Assembly: GCA_046498225.1 (NCBI GenBank) | Contig: JAWOBF010000028.1 | Span: 1 to 14,468, forward strand | Source: Candidatus Aegiribacteria sp. | Lineage (GTDB): Bacteria; Fermentibacterota; Fermentibacteria; Fermentibacterales; JCC-6 | Length of the DNA: 14,468 nucleotides | Direction of reading: 5' to 3' | In this document: piece by piece, positions 1 through 11,268 of the stretch | Layout of the letters: each line of letters starts with the position of its first letter | How positions within the stretch are numbered: position 1 is the first letter of the stretch | The notes under the pieces: model-generated | Seen by the model: only the letters and a program-made list of their open reading frames with translations | The model's database searches: none | What the model was told of the DNA's origin: nothing | Translations under genes and position numbers: made by a program

Positions 1-1
1 C

Positions 2-142
2 GACCCCAAACCAGCTCTGGGCGATCCTGGAGGCCAGCCACAGCGTGAAGCCGTTGATGACCAGAACGAAGACGCCCAATGTGAGGATGATGAGCGGGCA
101 GGTGAGCAGCTTGAGGACCGGGCGCACAATGGCGTTTGCCAG
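2..142 (-). pseudogene. Internal fragment of a phage holin family (YvlD/DUF360, 4-TM) membrane protein; N-terminus missing, 3' end beyond the window
   Basis: Manual translation 142->2: LANAIVRPVLKLLTCPLIILTLGVFVLVINGFTLWLASRIAQSWFGV. This matches the YvlD/DUF360 signature 'N-A-x-x-R-P-x-L-x-x-L-T-x-P-x-x-x-L-T-L-G-x-F-x-L-V-I-N'. Upstream in this frame there are only 7 unrelated codons (AEAGAVP) and then a TGA, with no start codon. Confidence 0.8.
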
Positions 143-144
143 CG

Positions 145-3100
145 GGACTGCTCCAGCCTCGGCTCACCGTACTCGTCCTCCCCGGGGTCCACCCCGGGGG
201 GAGGATTGGCGGCGTAGTCGGGATTGTCCTTGTTGTTCACGGTGGATACGTAGAACTGCTCCGAGGAGAGGACCGGTGTCCCGATGCTGTCCGCGAGTCG
301 CACCCCCCTCTCCTCCCACCTGTTGCCCACTACCTCCATGTCCCAGATCTGAACGGTGTCCGCAGTGGCGAAGCCGTCCACCCAGAGCCTGGCGTAGCTT
401 ACCTTCTCCCAGGTGGGGCTGTAGTCCACGAGCCCCGGGACTGAAACCACCGTGGTATCGTCCAGGGGCACTTCTATCAGCATCCAGCCGTTCTCGTTGG
501 GACCGGAGATGATGTACTCGGGATCGTCCACCGGTATCCGTATCCTGAAGAAGGAGTTGGACCTGTCCAGCATACCGTTCCTGTTCAGGTCCTCGGTGTC
601 AAGCTGGTTGTTGCCCTCGGTACCGTTCACCCGGTCGTACCTTGTGGATGGAGGGTCTCCGCCGTCGTAGTGGTAGTCGTCCCGGTTGGGGTCGGGATTG
701 GTTCCGGAATTGTATCCCGGCTCCTCGGAGCTGAACAGGTTGTCCAGGCCGGTGTCCTCACCGTCGGCCAGTATGCCGTCGCCGTTCACGTCCTCGGTGT
801 CCAGAAGCCCGTTGGCCCTTCTCACCAGTTCCCCCGCTACTCTCTCCAGCCAGTAGGAGTCCTCGTCTATCCTCTCTCCCAGGTCCAGGTAGATATTGCC
901 TTCCTGGGCCGAGCCGGTGACCCTTACGTAGAGCCTTACATGGGTCTTTTTGGTGAAGTCCAGTCCGTATTTGTCGACGCTTCGCTGCACACCTCCCCAG
1001 GAGTGTATGCCGCCGATGCTGTCAGGCTGAAAATAGAGTTCCAGAACGTTGTTCACGTAGTCTTTCGCCTGCTGGTCCGCGACGCTGGGCACGATGTCCT
1101 CCAGCCTCCATCTCCTGTAGGTGTTGTACCAGCGCATCTCCCCCACCGGGAAGCTGCTGCCGGCCTCCTGCTCCGGAAGGCTCGAGTAATGCCAGGAAGC
1201 TCTGCTCTGCCCCAGGGGAAAGGTGCTCTCCGTACCTTCCATGTCGTCTACGTAGGCCCTTCCGTCCACACTGGGATTCGGAAAGCTCATGGCTATCTCG
1301 CCGGATATCGAAGCCCTGCTCTCGGCCTCGGTGTTTATGCCCGGAATGAAGTTGGCCATATCCGTCAGGAACTCCGGCTTGGCTTCCAGGCGCGCGTCCA
1401 CGTCCGCCACGAATGTCCTGGTGGATTCCTCCCCCACCCTGGGCCTGTCCCCGGGAGTGCTGGCGGACTCGAACATCAATGTGGCGCCCACCCAGGAATC
1501 GCGTCCCAGGCCGTATACCGCCCTTGTTCCTATCAGGGTCTTTCTCTGGGCGGCGAACAGGGGAAGGTACTCGAAGGTCACCCTCAGTGAATTGCTGGGA
1601 TTCTGGGCGTCCTCGGCCGCCTCCCCCATGAGGGTGAGAAGGCCTATCTCGTAGATGATGGTGTAATCGACGTCCTTGACCAGGGTCCTGGTCTGTCCGG
1701 CTACAGTAAGCGTAACCTTCTCGCTGCCGGGGATTATTCCCATCCTTCCCAGCGAGTAGGTGGTGGAGGCGGCCCGGTAGCTTACCTCCATGAAGTACTT
1801 GCTGTCCACCGGAAGCGGGTCGTTCTCATTGTATACCGCCGGATTGGTGACCTCCAGCACCGGGTCGATGAAGGGCCTGTTCTGCGGAAAGACCAGGAAA
1901 CCGTTGTCCCAGTCCACAGCGTCATCCTCGTCGGAGAGGTTGCCGTCCCCGTTCGTGTCCAGCCCCAGCAGCTCTATGAACGGGGTCCCCCCCTGGGACT
2001 GCACCGGGTCCTCCCCCGAACGGGCCAGGAATATGTCGCAGCTGAAGGTCTCCTGGACTATGTTGTCGGCTCCCAGGAAGTACCGGTTCCGCAGCTCGTA
2101 GCTCCATGTGGGATCGTTCGGCAGGGGATTGCTCTCCTTTATCAGCTTCAGGTTCAGGTCGCCCTCCGGTGAAATGTCCCCGATGGTATCTCCCTGGACC
2201 GTCACCAGCCAGACCGCCAGCCTGTAATTGTCGTTCACCGGGCTGGTGAAGCGAATGGTGGTGGAGGAGTCCTCCAGTACGTAATCCAGGTCCTGGCCGG
2301 GAAGAAGCTCGTCCCACCATCCGGTATCCGATATGCCGGTGCCCTCTATGAAATACTCGCCTTCCACCGCTCCGGTCTCCTGGTTGTTGGTGCCGTCCAG
2401 GTCGTCCTGGAAGACACGGATGGAAGCAATGGTGGGCTGCGGGGCCGAATCGGGGAAGGTCAGGAAGAAGTAGTTGTCCGCTGGATTGATGTCCAGGATG
2501 GTATCCTCCACCATGGTGGCCTGTCCCACGAAATCAGCGGACTCGGTGGAGCCGGATTCACGGCTGGCTATGGTGGTGAGTTCCACCGGGCCCAGCTGGG
2601 CCAGCATCTTGGCCCCGAAGAGTCCCTGGCTTGGAATGCTGTAGGAGACGAACTCCGGTCCGGTTATGGACAGGCTCACGTCACCCATCTCGATGCTCTG
2701 GATTATCTCGTCGTCGTAGCCCTCGTAGCGGAGGCTCAGCCTGCTCTGGGGCTGCATGCTCCTCTCGCTGTCATGGTCGACGTCCACATGTATCTTCTCG
2801 CCGATGGTGCCCCGAAGCTGCACCCGCAGCTCCTGCTCCATCTTGAGATCTGGGAACAGGGACTGGCTCTGCCCTTCCGTCTCAACGGCGTTCGGCCTGT
2901 AATGTGTTATTCCTGATAAGGTTATCTTCTGATGTCCGCTGATGTCCAGCTGGCCTCCCTCGCCGATGGCGCCGGCGAGTATGGGGGGCATGTCCAGTGG
3001 GAGGTATATGGTCGGCACCAGGGAAGTCCTGTCCCGCGCCCTGCGCAGGCAGCCGGTTCTGTTGGTCTCCATCCAGGTGTTCCGAATGCTCCATTCGATG

Positions 3101-3366
3101 GACCTGCCGGCAAGAAGGCCCCTGGGAGCGGACCTGGTGGTGGAGACCGGCCGATTCCCGTAGAAGAGCCTCCAGCTGAGCAGGTCCCCGCGGAACGATT
3201 CCACCAGCTTCCAGGACACCGATGGCTGTACCAGAAGCTGTTCGGAGTATTCACTCTCCCACGGGTACGCCGGGACGAGCCTTGGTTCGGCGACCCCTGT
3301 GGATGCGGCAGCGACCGAGGCTTCAAGTAGAGCGATGAACAGCGCGATAAATGATAGAGTTCTCAT
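145..3366 (-). CDS. sprA: Type IX secretion outer-membrane translocon SprA/Sov homologue (cell surface protein SprA), 5' part only (1074 aa)
   Basis: Not in the ORF track because the frame has no stop before the window edge. ATG at 3366, with a signal-peptide-like start MRTLSFIALFIALLEASVAAA. SprA-type motifs occur in the expected order: GTIGEKIHVDVDHDSE, LRYEGYDDEIIQSIEMGDVSL, QGLFGAKMLAQLG, LNLKLIK..PNDPTWSYELRNRYFLGA, IIPGSEKV..DVDYTIIYEIG, AYVDDMEG, WGGVQRS, IYLDLGERIDED, NGTEGN..DTEDLNRNGMLD, YARLWVDG, PPPGV..EQS. Similarity ends at 145; the frame stays open to base 1 but reads as Ser-rich nonsense. Confidence 0.88.
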
Positions 3367-3486
3367 ATACGGATACTAGTCCCCGGTTTTCCCAGTGTTC
3401 CCGCTCCAAGTGGAAAGAAACGTGCGGACAGGGTATAATTGACCGATGGCCGCTTTTTTTCGAATGCCTATTATAATGGGACCGGT
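3367..3486. promoter_or_regulatory. Divergent promoter region between sprA and lptF
   Basis: 120-bp relatively AT-rich gap. TATAAT on + at 3434-3439 and 3472-3477; 3470-3477 ATTATAAT is palindromic and gives TATAAT on both strands. TAGTAT on the - strand (3378-3373) lies 6 nt before the sprA ATG. No well-spaced canonical -35 was found. Confidence 0.5.
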
Positions 3487-4863
3487 ATGAAAAAACTTCA
3501 GGTATACACCATAAAGGAGTTCTTCCCGCCCTTTCTTCTGGCAGCCGGCATATTCACCTTCGTGATGCTGCTGGACAAGCTGCTGGACCTCCTTGACATG
3601 ATAGTGAGCAAGGGAGTTCCGGTGCGGACCGTGGTGGAGGTCTTCCTCCTGCTCCTTCCGTCCATGGTTGCGGTGGTAGTCCCCATGGGAGTGCTCGCCG
3701 GCGTCCTCATGGCCGTTGGCAGGATGGAATCGGACCTGGAGGTCACCGCCATGAAGTCCTCCGGAGTGAGCATTTTCATGCTGCTGAAGCCGCTGCTGCT
3801 GGTGGCGGTGATCCTGGCCGGGACCATGGTGGTCTTCAACAACTACGTTCTTCCCGACGCCAACCACATGGCAAAGAACCTTCTTCTGGACATAGGCTCC
3901 ATGCATCCCGACGCGCGGATAGTGCCGGGCATGTTCGTGGAGGATATCGAGAACTACAGAATAATAGTCGAGGATAAGGATGACATCACCGGAGACCTCT
4001 CCAACGTTGTCATACACGAACGAATACCCGGCGCTCCCGGAAGGACCATAACCGCCCTGCGCGGACGTATGGAACCGCTTTCCGCGAACCGCTTCAGGCT
4101 GGTTCTGAGGGACGGACAGATGCACGAACTGGCGGAGAACGGGGAATACAGGAAGCTGGATTTCGACACATATACCGTCGAGATTACCCGTTCCCGGGAG
4201 CTGGTGAGGCAGGACAGGAGCAGCAGGGGCGACAGGGAGCTCTCGGCGGGCCAGATGAGGGCTCTGGTGGATTCGCTGGAGAGACAGGCCTCGATACTGG
4301 AGGATTCCCTGGTTCGAACGGGAAGCGCGCCCCTCCTGGCTCTTACAGGCGACTCCAACGTGGAATTCGGCAGGACCGCCTTTCCCCCTCCGGACAGCGT
4401 GGACGCCCGCACCCGGTTCAACATGTCCCGGAATTTCATGGCCCAGATATCCGGAAGCCTGCGCATCCTGTCTGACCAGAAGGCCTCCCTCCTGCGCAGC
4501 GTGAGCCGCTACCGTGTGGAGATACACAAGAAGTACTCCATTCCCTTCGCCTGTATCGTTTTCGTGTTCCTGGGAATCCCGCTGGGGCTCTCCACGAGGA
4601 AGGGCAGCGCCGGGGTGGCACTGGGGGTAAGCCTCCTGGTGATACTCATCTACTACCTCTTCCTCATAGCCGGCGAGCAGCTGGCGGACAGGAGGATGAT
4701 GCCCCCGTTCCTGTCCATGTGGCTGCCCAACATCGTCCTGGGGGTCTTCGGAGTGTTGCTCACCCTGCGGAGCCTGCACGAGGGCAACCCTGTTCCCCTG
4801 GGCAGGGCGGCGGAGAAGATGGGTGACCTGTTGCGCCGGTTCCGGAGAGGCGGAGGCGAATGA
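3487..4863 (+). CDS. lptF: LPS export ABC transporter permease LptF (YjgP/YjgQ family), 458 aa
   Basis: Start placed at ATG 3487 (MKKLQVYTIKEFFPPF). Three N-terminal TMs, coupling motif GRMESDLEVTAMKSSGVS, periplasmic beta-rich region (IVPGMFVEDI), then EIHKKYSIPFACIVFVFLGIPLG and SMWLPN. First gene of a tandem YjgP/Q pair. Confidence 0.9.
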   Translation: MKKLQVYTIKEFFPPFLLAAGIFTFVMLLDKLLDLLDMIVSKGVPVRTVVEVFLLLLPSMVAVVVPMGVLAGVLMAVGRMESDLEVTAMKSSGVSIFMLLKPLLLVAVILAGTMVVFNNYVLPDANHMAKNLLLDIGSMHPDARIVPGMFVEDIENYRIIVEDKDDITGDLSNVVIHERIPGAPGRTITALRGRMEPLSANRFRLVLRDGQMHELAENGEYRKLDFDTYTVEITRSRELVRQDRSSRGDRELSAGQMRALVDSLERQASILEDSLVRTGSAPLLALTGDSNVEFGRTAFPPPDSVDARTRFNMSRNFMAQISGSLRILSDQKASLLRSVSRYRVEIHKKYSIPFACIVFVFLGIPLGLSTRKGSAGVALGVSLLVILIYYLFLIAGEQLADRRMMPPFLSMWLPNIVLGVFGVLLTLRSLHEGNPVPLGRAAEKMGDLLRRFRRGGGE

Positions 4864-5951
4864 AGTTCAGGATACTCGACCTCTACCTGGCCTCGCGATT
4901 CGCCAGGATGATATTGATAGCCGTGGTCTCCTTCGTGGTCATCTTCGTCAGCGTGGACGCCTTCGACCATTTCAACAGGTGGGTGGACAGGGACGTCTCC
5001 CCCGGTACTTTCCTGAGCTACTACTTCTACGGCCTTCCCTACATAATAGTACTGGTCCTTCCCGTGGCGGTCCTCCTCAGCTCCCTGTTCCTCGTTACGT
5101 CCCTTTCCAGGAACAACGAGCTGGTGGCCATGAGGTCGGCTGGAATAAGCCTTCCGCGGATATTCCTGCCGCTCCTGGTGGTTGGAGGCCTCATGTCCGT
5201 ATTCGAGCTGGGAGTGGGCGATTTCATAGTATCCAACGCCACCTACATGCAGACCCAGGTGGAGAGGGTGGAAATTGAAGGCAGGGAACCCATCGACTAC
5301 CGTCGGCGCAGCAATTTCGCCCACCGTTCCCCCGACGGTTCCATTTTTGACATAGGCTTCTTCAACGGAAAGGAAGCCACCATGACCGACGTCACCGTGG
5401 AATGGTTCGACGACAGCAGCAGGGTGACGAAGCGGCTGGACGCCGACCGGCTTGCCTGGAGAGATTCCATCTGGGTTGGTTACGGGGTCGAGAGCAGGAT
5501 GTTCGGGCCATCGGGAGCCCTGGCCTTCTCCTCCGCGGATACACTGGAACTGCCCGAGATAACCGAGGTCCCCGAGGATTTCGGATCCCGTCAGAAAACC
5601 CCCGAGGAAATGAACTTCCTGGAACTGCACGGCTACATTAAGCAGGTGGATAGGGCGGGGGGAGACAGCCGCGGACTGCTGGTGGAGTTCTACCTCAAGT
5701 TCTTCTTCCCCCTTTCCAATCTGATAATGGTGTTCGTGGGCGCCCCGCTGGCTCTCCGCAACCGCAGGAGCGGCAAGGCTTCCAGCATCGGACTGGCCGT
5801 CATGCTCGCCTTCCTGTTCTTCTCCCTTGTCCGGTTTGGGCAGACCCTTGGCCACAAGGGAGCGCTTCCGCCGCTTCCGGCGGCCGGCATGGCCGACCTG
5901 GTTTTCATCGCTCTGGGGATCGTACTTCTGTCAAGGTCGTCCCGGGCCTAG
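4860..5951 (+). CDS. lptG: LPS export ABC transporter permease LptG (YjgP/YjgQ family), 363 aa
   Basis: ILDLYLASRF N-terminus, LSRNNELVAMRSAGISLPRI coupling helix, PEEMNFLEL, KFFFPLSNLIMVFVGAPLA, LGHKGALPPLPAA. ATGA overlap with the lptF stop at 4860-4863 indicates translational coupling. Confidence 0.9.
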   Translation: MKFRILDLYLASRFARMILIAVVSFVVIFVSVDAFDHFNRWVDRDVSPGTFLSYYFYGLPYIIVLVLPVAVLLSSLFLVTSLSRNNELVAMRSAGISLPRIFLPLLVVGGLMSVFELGVGDFIVSNATYMQTQVERVEIEGREPIDYRRRSNFAHRSPDGSIFDIGFFNGKEATMTDVTVEWFDDSSRVTKRLDADRLAWRDSIWVGYGVESRMFGPSGALAFSSADTLELPEITEVPEDFGSRQKTPEEMNFLELHGYIKQVDRAGGDSRGLLVEFYLKFFFPLSNLIMVFVGAPLALRNRRSGKASSIGLAVMLAFLFFSLVRFGQTLGHKGALPPLPAAGMADLVFIALGIVLLSRSSRA

Positions 5952-5964
5952 ACCCCGATGACCC

Positions 5965-5994
5965 TTGCAGACCACCGGCCGGGACTAGCATATT
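5965..5994 (+). promoter_or_regulatory. Possible sigma70-type promoter for serC
   Basis: TTGCAG (5965-5970), 18 nt, CATATT (5989-5994) in the 111-bp lptG-serC gap. SD-like AGGGAG at 6051-6056. Confidence 0.35.
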
Positions 5995-6062
5995 CCCTCT
6001 GTGACCCATTTGTAACTCACAGCCAACCCATTAACGCGAACCCGAAAAACAGGGAGAACGAT

Positions 6063-7145
6063 ATGCCAGAACGTGTGTACAATTTCTACGCCGGACCGGC
6101 CACACTTCCCTACGACGTGGTGAAGGAATCCGCGAAAGGCGTGGTCAACTACAAGGATATGGGAATGTCCGTAATGGAGATATCCCACCGTTCGGCCCAG
6201 TTCGACAGCATGTTCTGCGAAACGCAGAGAAACATGCTGAAGATCATGGGCCTCTCGGAAGAAGAGTACATTGTACTTTTCCTCGGCGGAGGCGCATCGA
6301 CACAGTTCTGCGCCATACCCTTCAACTTTCTGATGGAGGGCATGACCGCGGACTACGTCATCACCGGAGGCTGGTCCAAGAAGGCCGTCAAGGAAGCCCG
6401 GTTCTTCGGGGATGTCAACGTGGCCGCGACCAGCGAAGACAGGAACTTCTGCTACATTCCGAAGGAATTCGACCTTACACCGGACGCGGCCTACGTTCAC
6501 ACCACCAGCAACAACACCCTTGTGGGAACCCAGATAAAGGATTTTCCCGAAACCGGTGAAGTGCCCCTGGTCAGCGACATGTCCTCTGACTTCCTCTCCA
6601 GGAAGCTTGACTTCAGCAGGTTCTCCCTCATCTACGCCGGGGCTCAGAAGAACATAGGCCCCTCCGGCGTGGCGGCCGTGGTGGTGAAGCGCTCATGGGT
6701 TGATCAGGCCCGTGAGGAAGTGCCCACCATGCTTGCCTACAGGACCCATCTGGGCAAGAACTCCCTCTTCAACACACCCCCCTCCTTCCCCGTCTACGTC
6801 GTAGGCCTGGTAATGAAATGGATACTGGACCAGGGCGGTCTGGAGGCGGTCGAGGCGGCCAACATAAAGAAGGCCTCCCTGCTCTATTCGTACATGGACG
6901 ACAACTCCGACTTCTACAGGGGAACCGCCGACAGGGACAGCCGCTCCCTGATGAACGTGACCTTCCGCCTTCCGAGCGAGGAGCTGGAGAAGAAGTTCAT
7001 AACCGAAGGGGCTGAGAATGACCTTATCGGTCTCAAGGGACACAGGTCGGTGGGCGGATGCAGGGCGTCCATATACAACGCCATGCCGTACCAGGGCGTG
7101 GAAGCCCTTGTGGAGTTCATGAAGAAGTTCAGGAAGAACAGCTAG
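6063..7145 (+). CDS. serC: Phosphoserine aminotransferase (PLP-dependent, class V), 360 aa
   Basis: Start moved to ATG 6063 (MPERVYNFYAGPATLP), with AGGGAG 6 nt upstream. Motifs SVMEISHRS, FLGGGASTQF, TSNNT, DMSSD, YAGAQKNIGPSG (PLP lysine), NTPP, RSLMNVTF, LKGHRSVGGCRASIYNAMP. Confidence 0.97.
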   Translation: MPERVYNFYAGPATLPYDVVKESAKGVVNYKDMGMSVMEISHRSAQFDSMFCETQRNMLKIMGLSEEEYIVLFLGGGASTQFCAIPFNFLMEGMTADYVITGGWSKKAVKEARFFGDVNVAATSEDRNFCYIPKEFDLTPDAAYVHTTSNNTLVGTQIKDFPETGEVPLVSDMSSDFLSRKLDFSRFSLIYAGAQKNIGPSGVAAVVVKRSWVDQAREEVPTMLAYRTHLGKNSLFNTPPSFPVYVVGLVMKWILDQGGLEAVEAANIKKASLLYSYMDDNSDFYRGTADRDSRSLMNVTFRLPSEELEKKFITEGAENDLIGLKGHRSVGGCRASIYNAMPYQGVEALVEFMKKFRKNS

Positions 7146-7159
7146 CCGAACCGATGCAG

Positions 7160-7183
7160 AGGGACGGAGGGTCGCCTCCGTCC

Positions 7184-7185
<2 letters not shown>
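7160..7185. terminator. GC-rich hairpin between convergent serC and ligA; probable bidirectional terminator or 3' stabiliser
   Basis: Perfect 11-bp stem AGGGACGGAGG-gtcg-CCTCCGTCCCT, 14 nt after the serC stop and overlapping the ligA TAG (7184-7186). No U-tract on either strand. Confidence 0.6.
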
Positions 7186-11234
<4,049 letters not shown>

Positions 11235-11268
11235 GGTTTCCTTCCCGGAAGCATCCGCGCGTTTATGC

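Noticed and set aside
2..142. Prophage inferred from the 'holin' fragment
   Set aside because: YvlD/DUF360 proteins are common chromosomal genes, and no integrase, att site or other phage gene is in the window.
1..144. Treating the last 48 codons of the open sprA frame as real SprA or as a SprA-holin fusion protein
   Set aside because: In the sprA frame they read as Ser-rich nonsense (RWQTPLCARSSSCSPARSSSSH..). The holin similarity is in a different frame.
45..3330. Multiple plus-strand ORFs (e.g. 670..1590, 45..512, 2932..3330) and short minus-strand ORFs
   Set aside because: All overlap the long sprA frame (or the holin fragment), which carries clear family motifs; they are shadows.
3439..3477. 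TTGACC (3439-3444) as the -35 for TATAAT (3472-3477)
   Set aside because: The spacer is 27 nt, far too long.
3439..3486. Longer ORF-track starts for lptF (3439), serC (5958) and GH57 (11345)
   Set aside because: Family N-termini and RBS or promoter positions favour ATG 3487, 6063 and 11234. The extensions run through promoter DNA or the neighbouring gene.
3376..5855. 467-aa and 400-aa minus-strand ORFs
   Set aside because: Antisense shadows of lptF and lptG; the H/Q/E richness mirrors hydrophobic codons.
5952..6062. Riboswitch or leader RNA upstream of serC
   Set aside because: No stable stem series or known aptamer motif is visible. An Rfam/Infernal scan would be needed to exclude it fully.
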